This document shows, piece after piece, positions 18,704 through 26,848 of a stretch of 33,246 bases of DNA. A program made the position numbers and the translations under genes. Where the stretch lies: assembly GCA_038217285.1 (NCBI GenBank), contig JBBQPO010000025.1, positions 1 through 33,246 on the forward strand. The letters run 5' to 3'. Each line of letters starts with the position of its first letter. Position 1 is the first letter of the stretch. The stretch is from Chthonomonadales bacterium. Lineage in GTDB: Bacteria; Armatimonadota; Chthonomonadetes; Chthonomonadales; Chthonomonadaceae. The notes under the pieces were generated by a model. The model worked only from the letters and a program-made list of their open reading frames with translations, was not told the DNA's origin and did no database searches.

Positions 18704-20401
18704 TTACGGTTTGAACTGCGCTTTGAAGGCGGTGATGGCTTTCACGAGGGCGTCTTCGGCGTCCTTGTCGAGGTCTTTGGTGCGGGCGATCTTCTCCATA
18801 ATGTCGGGGTAGTTCTCCGCCATGAAGGGATGGAACTCCTGCTCGAACTTTTTGACGGATGGGATCGGAACATCGTCCAAGAAGCCGTTGTTGCCGACAT
18901 AGATGATCGTGACCATCTGCTCGACCGGCATAGGCGCGTACTGCGGCTGCTTCAGGATCTCGATCAGGCGCGCGCCGCGATCCAACTGGTCGCGGGTGGC
19001 CTTGTCGAGGTCGGAGGCGAACTGCGAGAACGCCTGGACTTCGCGATACTGTGCGAGGTCGAGCTTCATACGTCCGGCGACCTTGCTGCCCTTCATCGCG
19101 CTGACCTGCGCCGAACGTCCGACCCGGGAGACCGAGATGCCGACGTTGATAGCAGGGCGAACGCCCGAGAAGAACAGGTCGGGATCGAGGAAGATCTGTC
19201 CGTCCGTGATCGAGATGACGTTGGTCGGGATATAGGCCGAGACGTCGGAGGCCAGCGTCTCGATGATCGGCAGCGCCGTCAGGCTTCCACCGGTTTCGGG
19301 CAGTTTCCGGATCTCCAGGTTGGCCGCATCCGGCAGCTCCGCGATCTCTTTCTTGGCATGGTCGCGACCCTCGCCGCCCTCGTAGACCTTGCCGTTGACC
19401 CCGGTCGTCTGGCCGCCGTCGGCGGTCTTGGCCACGATCACGTAGTCTTCGCGCATCTTGGCGGCCCGTTCCAGCAGGCGGCTGTGCAGGTAGAACACGT
19501 CGCCAGGATAGGCTTCGCGGCCCGGTGGGCGGCGCAGCAGCAGCGACACCTGGCGGTAGGCGACGGCATGCTTGGAGAGGTCGTCGTAGATGACCAGCGC
19601 GTGCTGGCCCTTGTCGCGGAAGTACTCGCCGATGGTGCAGCCGGTATAGGGCGCGATATACTGAAGCGGTGCGGGATCGGCGGCGGTGGCGGCGACGATG
19701 ATGGTGTAGTCCATCGCGCCGTTCGCTTCCAGAATACGCTGGACGTTGGCGACTGTCGAAGCCTTCTGTCCGATCGCGACGTAGATACAGACCACGTCGC
19801 CGCCGCGCTGATTGATGATCGTGTCGATGGCAATGGCGGTCTTACCGGTACCGCGGTCGCCGATGATCAGCTCGCGCTGACCGCGGCCGATGGGGACCAG
19901 GGCGTCGATCGCCTTGAGGCCGGTCTGAAGCGGCTCCTTGACGGGCTGGCGGTCCACGACGCCGGGAGCGCGGGTCTCGATCATGCCGGTCTTGTCCGTG
20001 ATGATCGGGCCCTTGCCGTCCAGCGGGTCGCCAACGCCGTTGACGACGCGGCCGAGCAGCGCCTCGCCGACGGGGATCTCGATGATACGCCCGGTCCGCT
20101 TGACCGTGGTGCCTTCCCGAATCTGTTCGTCCGGCCCCAGGATAACGGCACCGACGTTGTCCTCTTCCAGGTTCAAGGCCAGCGCGCGGATCGTCGCTCC
20201 GTTCTGATCGACGATCGGATTGCCCTTCTCATCCTGGAACTCCAGCAGTTCGGAGACCATACACTCGCGCAGTCCATAGATGCGGGCGATACCGTCTCCG
20301 ACTTGCAGAACGGTGCCGATGCCCTCCTCTTTGATCTCGCGCGTGTAGGACGCCAGTTCACGCTCGATCATTGCGCTTATCTCTTCGGGTCGAATAGCCA
20401 T
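18704..20401 (-). CDS. atpA: F1 ATP synthase subunit alpha
   Basis: MAIRPEEIS start with [59 protein letters not shown] and [11 protein letters not shown]. Confidence 0.98.
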   Translation of the reverse strand: MAIRPEEISAMIERELASYTREIKEEGIGTVLQVGDGIARIYGLRECMVSELLEFQDEKGNPIVDQNGATIRALALNLEEDNVGAVILGPDEQIREGTTVKRTGRIIEIPVGEALLGRVVNGVGDPLDGKGPIITDKTGMIETRAPGVVDRQPVKEPLQTGLKAIDALVPIGRGQRELIIGDRGTGKTAIAIDTIINQRGGDVVCIYVAIGQKASTVANVQRILEANGAMDYTIIVAATAADPAPLQYIAPYTGCTIGEYFRDKGQHALVIYDDLSKHAVAYRQVSLLLRRPPGREAYPGDVFYLHSRLLERAAKMREDYVIVAKTADGGQTTGVNGKVYEGGEGRDHAKKEIAELPDAANLEIRKLPETGGSLTALPIIETLASDVSAYIPTNVISITDGQIFLDPDLFFSGVRPAINVGISVSRVGRSAQVSAMKGSKVAGRMKLDLAQYREVQAFSQFASDLDKATRDQLDRGARLIEILKQPQYAPMPVEQMVTIIYVGNNGFLDDVPIPSVKKFEQEFHPFMAENYPDIMEKIARTKDLDKDAEDALVKAITAFKAQFKP

Positions 20402-20460
20402 AAAATCTCCTCTGTTCACACAGGGTGCGAAAATGTTCGCGCGGGGCGCGAGAACGTTCC

Positions 20461-21009
20461 TTAAGCCTCTTGCAGCAACTGTTCGCGCAGGCGTTCGAGG
20501 GTTCCGCGCACGCTGCCGTCGAGAATATTATCGTTCATGCGGACGATCACGCCGCCGAGAATGGCGGGGTCGATCAGGACTTTCAGTTCCACGTGTTCGC
20601 CCGTGCGCTTTTCGAGACTGCCGACCAGGCTCTGCGTCTCAGCCGGGGTCGGCTGCACCGCGAAGGTCGCCTCCACGCGCAGGAGATGATTGGCGGCGTC
20701 CAGCAGGCGATGGAACTCATCGCGAACCGGCGCCAGGATCTCCTCACGCCGCTTGTCGATCAGAAGGCGCAGGAACGAAAGCGTCAGGGCCGAGATGGTC
20801 TCTCCCAGAATTTTCGAAACCAGATCGCGCTTGCGCCCACCGGGAACGACACGGCTATGCCAGAGCTGGTCCAGGGCCGGGGTTTGCTGCATCAGGTCGA
20901 GGACGACCGTGAGATCGGTCTCGGTCGCCGCCAGGGTGTTCTGCTTCTGCGCGGTCGCAAACAGGGCGGTGGCGTACCGCCGTGCGGCGCGAAGATCGTA
21001 TTCTGCCAC
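20461..21009 (-). CDS. atpH: ATP synthase subunit delta
   Basis: [19 protein letters not shown] and [27 protein letters not shown]. Confidence 0.96.
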   Translation of the reverse strand: MAEYDLRAARRYATALFATAQKQNTLAATETDLTVVLDLMQQTPALDQLWHSRVVPGGRKRDLVSKILGETISALTLSFLRLLIDKRREEILAPVRDEFHRLLDAANHLLRVEATFAVQPTPAETQSLVGSLEKRTGEHVELKVLIDPAILGGVIVRMNDNILDGSVRGTLERLREQLLQEA

Positions 21010-21021
21010 GCGGTTGCTCCT

Positions 21022-21585
21022 CTAGAGGGCGGCTGCCGAAGTTGCGGCGCTCGCAGGGCGGCCATCGCTGGCGGCGCGCGCGACGAAATCACCGATGAGT
21101 TGATGTTGCACGCTGTCGGTGCTGCTCGCTTTCACAGCCCGTTCGGCCGCGTCGAGGGTCGTCTGCACGATATCACGCCGAAGCTGGATCCGTTGCCGGG
21201 TGCGTTCGCGCGCGATCTCCTGTTCCGTGCGGAGGCGAACGGCGGTCGCCAACTGCTGGGCGTCGGCGATGATTTCGGTACGGGAGGTCTCCGCCTCTTT
21301 CACCGCCGCTTCGATCCGCTGTCGCTGCTCCACTTCGATGTCCCGCAGGCGGCTCGCGTAGTTGTCGCGCAGGGTGCGCGCCTCCGCCAGAGCCTGCTGC
21401 ACCTGATTGTGGTTGGTTTCGATGCGATTCGTGCGTTCGATCAGCAGGTCCCGCCAGTAGGGATAACTGATGTAGATGATGTTGAACTTATAGAGTACGT
21501 ACAGGATCAACACCAGGCCGATGATCAGCGAGAGAGTCGCGCCGGGATGCTCGATCGCAAAGGGAATATATTCGTTGATGGACAC
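21022..21585 (-). CDS. atpF: ATP synthase subunit b
   Basis: One N-terminal TM, a long Ala/Glu/Arg coiled coil and a C-terminal QHQLIGDFV. GTG start at 21585 after AAGGGAGAGAGG. Operon position. Confidence 0.85.
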   Translation of the reverse strand: MSINEYIPFAIEHPGATLSLIIGLVLILYVLYKFNIIYISYPYWRDLLIERTNRIETNHNQVQQALAEARTLRDNYASRLRDIEVEQRQRIEAAVKEAETSRTEIIADAQQLATAVRLRTEQEIARERTRQRIQLRRDIVQTTLDAAERAVKASSTDSVQHQLIGDFVARAASDGRPASAATSAAAL

Positions 21586-21598
21586 GCCTCTCTCCCTT

Positions 21599-22105
21599 TT
21601 AGTTGCGCGCCGGGTCGCCGGCGATGCTGGATTCGATGCTGTTGCGCAGGACGGTCGCATCTGCGGCAGAGCCGAGCGTCTTCTGCAGCGCGGTCAGGGC
21701 CATCGTGACCATGCGCTCGCGCAGGGAGACCAGCGCCTCGACCTTCTCCCGCTCCATATCGGCGACGCCCTGGTGCAGCGTCTGTTCCGACTGCGCGCGG
21801 GCCTCGGCGAGGATGCGCTCTCGCTCTCCCTGCGCCTCTTTGATGGCGGTCTGAATGCGCCCGCGCGCCTCGGCCTCCACATCGGCGATGCGCGTGAGAT
21901 AGTCGGCACGCAGCGTCTCCATCTCGTGCTGCATCTGCTGCACGGTCTGGTAGGTGTCGGCGATATCTTTATCACGCTGCTTCAATCGTCCCAGGATCGG
22001 CTTGAAGAACAGATTCCCCAGAAAAAACCAGAGCGCCAGAAACAGAACGATCTGCGCGAAAAAGATATTTACATTGAAACTAAGACTTTTGACGATGTCG
22101 GCCAT
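21599..22105 (-). CDS. atpF: ATP synthase subunit b/b' (second copy)
   Basis: FFAQIVLF...LFFKPILGRLKQR..I, then coiled coil. Lies between atpE and the other b gene. Confidence 0.88.
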   Translation of the reverse strand: MADIVKSLSFNVNIFFAQIVLFLALWFFLGNLFFKPILGRLKQRDKDIADTYQTVQQMQHEMETLRADYLTRIADVEAEARGRIQTAIKEAQGERERILAEARAQSEQTLHQGVADMEREKVEALVSLRERMVTMALTALQKTLGSAADATVLRNSIESSIAGDPARN

Positions 22106-22255
22106 AGGACCTACTCATCCTTTGTAAGAGGTGCGCGAGTCAACCTCACGACGATAGAGAGCCCCCGGATCCCGGATCCTCGCCCCTCTCTTGCAGAACA
22201 AGATAAGCTTTCAGAACGAGGGGACGAGGCTCCGGGTAATCGGTTGCCGGGCGAA

Positions 22256-22540
22256 CTATTTGCCGGCAGTGGCGGCGGCGGTGACGGCGTCGGTCATCTT
22301 CTGGGTGTCCGGCAGTTTGGTGTTCAGCAGGAAGAAGACCAGCAGGGAGAAGATAACGAGCGATTCGATGAAGGCGAGGGCCAGGATCATCGCGGTCTGG
22401 ATGCGACCGGTCTGCTCGGGCTGGCGGGCCATGCCCTCCATAGCAGCCGCAGCCGCTCTCCCCTGACCGAGACCGGCGCCGAGAACCGCGATGGGAACAC
22501 CTAAGCCGAGAGAGAAGGCGAGAGCCATAAAGTACAACAT
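22256..22540 (-). CDS. atpE: ATP synthase subunit c
   Basis: GxGxGQG, ARQPE loop and FIESL carboxylate. ATG 22540 with AAAGGA SD. Confidence 0.97.
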   Translation of the reverse strand: MLYFMALAFSLGLGVPIAVLGAGLGQGRAAAAAMEGMARQPEQTGRIQTAMILALAFIESLVIFSLLVFFLLNTKLPDTQKMTDAVTAAATAGK

Positions 22541-22693
22541 ATTGGAAATGTTTCCTTTCTTGTCGTGTGCGACAAAGAAGCGATGACAGTGGTCGCGTTC
22601 GGCGCAGTAGTCGTACACTACAGCCTTGTCCGTCCGCAGAGCGGGAGGCTGCCTGAAGCGCCTCCCCGACGGGTCACGGACGACCCGTCAAAT

Positions 22694-23545
22694 CTAGTGA
22701 GCGTGGGCGGCGTCGATCGCCCCTTCTTCTCCGTTCGGGCCCTCATGCTCATGATGCACCACCAGGGAGAGATAGATACAGGTCAGCATGGAGAAGACCA
22801 GCGCCTGCACCGCGGCCGTGATCACGGAGAGAAACAGCACCGGGAAGTGCAGCGGCAGGCCTTGAACATGGAGCAGTTGCAACCCCAACCCTGCCAGCAC
22901 CATGATGATCACGTCCTCGCCGAAGATGTTGCCGAAAAGGCGAACCGCGAGCGTAAACGGTTTGACGATCTCCGAGATCAACTCGACAGGAAGCATCAGA
23001 GGGATCAGGGCAGGCATCGGCCCCATGAAGTGTTTCGCATGGTTGACCGGCCCGTTGGTGCGTATGCCTTCGTACTGCACATAGATAAACACGATCACTC
23101 CGAGCGCGAGCGTCACGGAGATATTCGCGGTCGGCGAGTGCAGACCGGGAATGATCCCGATCAGGTTGGAGAGCAGAATGTAGAGGAACACCGTGCCGAC
23201 GAGCGGCGTATAACGCTCCCCACCCGGCCCGATAATTCCGACCGTAAAGTAGTTGAGCGACTCGACGACCTGTTCGGCGAAATTCTGCAGCCCGCGCGGG
23301 ACGATCTCTTTCTTACTGCGGGCGATCAGCGCGAAGATCACCAGGATCGCCGCGACGACCAGAGCGTTCCCGAAGAGACGCGGGGCTTCCGGAATTTTGC
23401 CGGGATCCTCTTCCTTCTCGCCCTTTTCCGTGGTCGTCGCCTCTCCGGCGACGCGCCCCGACTCCTGCCCGCCTCGTGCAAGGAGAATGGGCTTTTCCGG
23501 ACGCGAGTCGGGATGGTATTGGAAATCTTGCGGTGACTGCGGCAT
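22694..23545 (-). CDS. atpB: ATP synthase subunit a
   Basis: PRGLQNFAE, SNLIGIIPG..SPTAN, KPFTLAVRLFGNIFGE and VQALVFSMLTCIY. Confidence 0.96.
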   Translation of the reverse strand: MPQSPQDFQYHPDSRPEKPILLARGGQESGRVAGEATTTEKGEKEEDPGKIPEAPRLFGNALVVAAILVIFALIARSKKEIVPRGLQNFAEQVVESLNYFTVGIIGPGGERYTPLVGTVFLYILLSNLIGIIPGLHSPTANISVTLALGVIVFIYVQYEGIRTNGPVNHAKHFMGPMPALIPLMLPVELISEIVKPFTLAVRLFGNIFGEDVIIMVLAGLGLQLLHVQGLPLHFPVLFLSVITAAVQALVFSMLTCIYLSLVVHHEHEGPNGEEGAIDAAHAH

Positions 23546-23548
23546 AAA

Positions 23549-24073
23549 CTAAGCCCCTTCTCGAACGGTATAGACAGTCTGCGGCAGGCGCGACTGTGGG
23601 CGCGGAACAGGCTGCGGTTCGACCTCCGGCAGCGACGGTACGACGATCGGTGGGATAACGACGGCGTGCGGCGTCGGTGCGGCGTTTTTGCGCTGCTCCC
23701 GCGCCTCTTCCCACAGCAGCGCGGCGGCGGTGCGGAACGTCAGGATCAGCGGGACAAGCGAGATGCCCAGACCAGCTGCCATCGGCTCGACGCCGTGACG
23801 TGGGCTCGCCAGGCTGAGCGCGACGCCGTAGAAGGGCAGCTTCAGAAACAGCGTCATCAGCAGCAGCCCTTTGACATGCGGCGAAGCATGCGGGCGAAAA
23901 AGGATCGGAACGATCACGATCAGGCTGACCAGACTGAACAGGGAGACCAGCGATCCGATCAGAAAGCCCCAGGCCCACATCTTCTGGCCACTACAAAAAA
24001 ACAGGAGATTCAAGGCAGCGGCAAACCAGGCCGCGCTCTTCAGAGAACGTACAACGGTCTTATCTTCTTGCAT
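23549..24073 (-). CDS. AtpI-like four-TM membrane protein with Pro-rich tail
   Basis: Four hydrophobic segments including GFLIGSLVSLFS and FLKL, directly upstream of atpB. Start uncertain (ORF is open from 24271). Confidence 0.7.
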   Translation of the reverse strand: MQEDKTVVRSLKSAAWFAAALNLLFFCSGQKMWAWGFLIGSLVSLFSLVSLIVIVPILFRPHASPHVKGLLLMTLFLKLPFYGVALSLASPRHGVEPMAAGLGISLVPLILTFRTAAALLWEEAREQRKNAAPTPHAVVIPPIVVPSLPEVEPQPVPRPQSRLPQTVYTVREGA

Positions 24074-24300
24074 GAAACGGCTCAGGCTCTTTCTTACTTC
24101 TGCCAGTGAACCTACCTCATGGAAAGCCTCTCTATAGGATTGAAGGCGGAGTCGGTTCACAGGTTTCTCCTCGCACGGAAGCGGCACGCAGCCTGGTTGC
24201 GCGTCGTTGCGTCTTTCGGTCGTACGTACATATTGTGTCACAGAAGGACGTCTTTTCGATACATCCGTCAAAACTCATGCGACAGGAAGAGAAATGGTCT

Positions 24301-24645
24301 CTACTCCAGGCGCTTGACAACCTTCAACAGGGCGCTGACCCCGACCACGAGGCCGAGCAGCACTCCGGCCATGGCGAACCATGCGGTCAGATGGTGCAGC
24401 TTCTGATCCAGCCACCATCCGCCGAGCGAGAGAAGGATGATCGGCATAATGAACGAACTCGCCGCCGTCGTCGCCAGCGCCAGTTTGTTGTAGCCACCCG
24501 GCTCGACCATGCCCTGTCGCGGCTTCGCGGGATGCGGTGGCAGCGGCTGCGTCATCCGGGGCGGCTCCGGAACCTGCGGCGAAGGCGGCACGTTCGGAAA
24601 CCGCGTGTGCAGATCGTCCTGCTCTTTGGGTTCGTCTTCCGCCAT
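24301..24645 (-). CDS. AtpZ/AtpI-family two-TM protein
   Basis: GGWWLDQKL...WF..AGVLLGLVVG motif, AAGGAG SD, and position at the head of the atp cluster. Confidence 0.85.
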   Translation of the reverse strand: MAEDEPKEQDDLHTRFPNVPPSPQVPEPPRMTQPLPPHPAKPRQGMVEPGGYNKLALATTAASSFIMPIILLSLGGWWLDQKLHHLTAWFAMAGVLLGLVVGVSALLKVVKRLE

Positions 24646-24682
24646 CGATCTGCTCCTTCATGTAGGCCGTGCTGCGAGGGCT

Positions 24683-26056
24683 TTACTTCTCGAAAAGCCG
24701 CGCGTGCAGCAGGCGCACCGCGCGCTGCGCGTCCCCTTCCGAAAGGAGAAACGAGACCGACATCTCCGAATCGGCAATCTGATGCACGGCAATCTTGGCG
24801 TTCAGCAGCGTCTCATAGATCAGCGCCATAATGCCCGGCACCCGGCGATGCCCGGAGGCGATCACGGACACCATCGTACAGTTTTCGATCACCGAGGCCG
24901 GAACGTCCACGATCCGCACATGTTTCTCGACAGCGGCCAGCAGCGGGCGCTGCACACTGTAGGCCAGATCGAGCCCCTGCGAAAACTTGAAAATGTAGTA
25001 GGCGGACAGTTTCCCCTTGCTGTCAGGCTCGTCCAGTGCGATAGGAACCACCATGCCGTCCAGCAGATCTCGCGCGATCGGATAGAGTTTGCGCGGCACC
25101 GTGAACGACAGCGCGTTCGGGCTAAAGGTCACCAGAAAGATATTGACGCCAGCGCGGGCCATCATCCGATAGACTTCGCGCTCCACGTGCGGCTTATGTT
25201 CGGCATTGTCTATTTCCAGACGGATATAGACCAGTTTACCGGTGTGGGTGATCCCCGTCAGGCGTTGCCGCACCGCGTCCGGGGCCTCATTGCTCGTGAT
25301 CCGCGTGCCCGGCGCGTCTGAGAAGGTCGATTTCACCCAGAGCGGGATATTGTGATCCATGGCGATCTCGGCGGCGCGCGGATGCACGACCTTAGCCCCC
25401 TGATGCGCGATCTCCGCGACCTCTTCGTAGGTACAGACATCCAGCGTCTTCGCCGCTCCGACCATGTCGGGGTCCGCAGTCTTCACGCCATCGACATCGG
25501 TGTAGATCTCGACCGCCGAGGCATGGAGGGCCACGCCGAGGGCGGAGGCCGTCGTATCGCTGCCGCCGCGGCCGAGCGTGGTGATCGCGCCGTGCTCGTA
25601 TTCGTCGTTCGGCTGGGTAATGCCCTGAAAGCCGCAGACGACCGGAATATAGCCCTGCTCGATCAGGCGATGCAGATAGTGCGGACGTATCTCCAGAATG
25701 CGGGCGTTGCCGAACTCCGGATCGGTGATGATACCCGCCTGCCCGCCGGAGAGCGCGATCGCCTTACAGCCGAACGTCTGCAGCGTATGCGCGAAGACCG
25801 CCGTGGAGATGATCTCGCCGCAGGCCATCATCATATCGAGTTCGCGGGGCGCGGGAGGCACCTGAGGATCGATATCCTTCAGGACGCTTACCAGCGTGTC
25901 GGTGGCGTAGGGCGCGCCCTTGCGTCCGATCGCCGAGACGACCACGACGGGCGACAGACCGCTTTCGACCGCCTTGATGACTTTGGCGGCGGCGAGGGCG
26001 CGATTCTCGGGACGATCTACGGAGGTGCCGCCGAACTTCTGCACGACGATCTTCAT
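24683..26056 (-). CDS. dapG: Aspartate kinase (DapG/aspartokinase I-like)
   Basis: MKIVVQKFGGTSV, VVVSAIGRKGAPYATDTL, TTLGRGGSDTTA, IYTDVDGVKTADP, GAKVVHPRA and C-terminal ACT domains. Confidence 0.92.
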   Translation of the reverse strand: MKIVVQKFGGTSVDRPENRALAAAKVIKAVESGLSPVVVVSAIGRKGAPYATDTLVSVLKDIDPQVPPAPRELDMMMACGEIISTAVFAHTLQTFGCKAIALSGGQAGIITDPEFGNARILEIRPHYLHRLIEQGYIPVVCGFQGITQPNDEYEHGAITTLGRGGSDTTASALGVALHASAVEIYTDVDGVKTADPDMVGAAKTLDVCTYEEVAEIAHQGAKVVHPRAAEIAMDHNIPLWVKSTFSDAPGTRITSNEAPDAVRQRLTGITHTGKLVYIRLEIDNAEHKPHVEREVYRMMARAGVNIFLVTFSPNALSFTVPRKLYPIARDLLDGMVVPIALDEPDSKGKLSAYYIFKFSQGLDLAYSVQRPLLAAVEKHVRIVDVPASVIENCTMVSVIASGHRRVPGIMALIYETLLNAKIAVHQIADSEMSVSFLLSEGDAQRAVRLLHARLFEK

Positions 26057-26592
26057 CCCGACACCTCCGTACCGAGGTGGTGTACCTGCACTGTGCCAGC
26101 ATCCAGGTGGAAGGTTTTGCGCAGGTGGCGCACCGCCGCATCGGTGTGCGCGTCCTCGATCAGGCAGACGACGGAGTTATGCGAATCGCCCGTCTCGAAC
26201 AGCCGCGCGCCGGCCGCATACAGGGCGTCCGCAATCGAGACCATGACGCCGGACAGGTCGCGCATCGAGGCCGCACGGACGGCGATCAGCGCGAGATCCC
26301 GCCGGGCCGAGGTCTGCACGCCTACGGTCTTCAACGCGGTTTCGACACGGGGCAGGTCGGCCCCTACAAACGCGAACGTTATCGCGGCCCGGTGCAGTTT
26401 GGTCAGGAAAATGGGCACACCGCTGTTCGCCAGGACACGGAACACCTGCAGAATGCGGACCGAACGCAGCGAATCGTCTTCCAGGGCCACTTCGGCATGG
26501 GCGACATCACGGGTGATCTGAATGGCGTAGACGCCGCGTTCGCGTTCGAACGAAACGTTGGGAGCCTGAGTTTCCGACGCTGGAACGGACAT
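26053..26592 (-). CDS. Stand-alone tandem ACT-domain protein resembling the aspartokinase regulatory (beta) region
   Basis: QVFRVLANSGVPIF and MRDLSGVMVSIADAL...DSHNSVVCLI....AVRHLRKTF. ATGA overlap with the kinase. Start taken at ATG 26592. Confidence 0.8.
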   Translation of the reverse strand: MSVPASETQAPNVSFERERGVYAIQITRDVAHAEVALEDDSLRSVRILQVFRVLANSGVPIFLTKLHRAAITFAFVGADLPRVETALKTVGVQTSARRDLALIAVRAASMRDLSGVMVSIADALYAAGARLFETGDSHNSVVCLIEDAHTDAAVRHLRKTFHLDAGTVQVHHLGTEVSG

Positions 26593-26697
26593 GGCTGACC
26601 TTGCACATTGGCGGTGAATTCGGTTCCGGAGCGGACTCGATCGTGCCGAAAACTCGGCTTTCTTCGCCCCGACGACTTTGTGACTTATTTCGCAATC

Positions 26698-26727
26698 ATT
26701 ATACCGTATACGAAAAAGGCGAGTCAA
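26698..26727 (-). promoter_or_regulatory. Sigma70-type promoter for the ACT-aspartokinase(-atp) unit
   Basis: On the - strand, TTGACT-18 nt-TATAAT in an AT-rich divergent spacer. Confidence 0.7.
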
Positions 26728-26775
26728 CGGCAAACCGCGCCCGGTTCCCCTATTATGAAACTTTACCCGGCTTAT

Positions 26776-26805
26776 TTTACTCTTCCCTTGGAACAGAGGT
26801 ACAAT
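26776..26805 (+). promoter_or_regulatory. Sigma70-type promoter for the rightward genes
   Basis: TTTACT-18 nt-TACAAT, 43 nt upstream of ATG 26849. Confidence 0.55.
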
Positions 26806-26848
26806 AACTCCCGAAGTGAAGCGGTGACCGGAGGAGGGAGCGTAAGGG

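Noticed and set aside
19292..19456. Intein in AtpA
   Set aside because: Too short, with no N-terminal Cys/Ser and no C-terminal His-Asn splice motif.
18704..24645. N-ATPase (Na+-exporting) operon
   Set aside because: A delta subunit is present, gene order is the F-type one rather than atpD-atpC-first, and the c subunit lacks the full Na+ ligand set.
26593..26697. Lysine riboswitch upstream of the aspartokinase unit
   Set aside because: The leader from the predicted promoter is only about 100 nt, shorter than a lysine riboswitch, and lacks its AGAGG-led P1 consensus.
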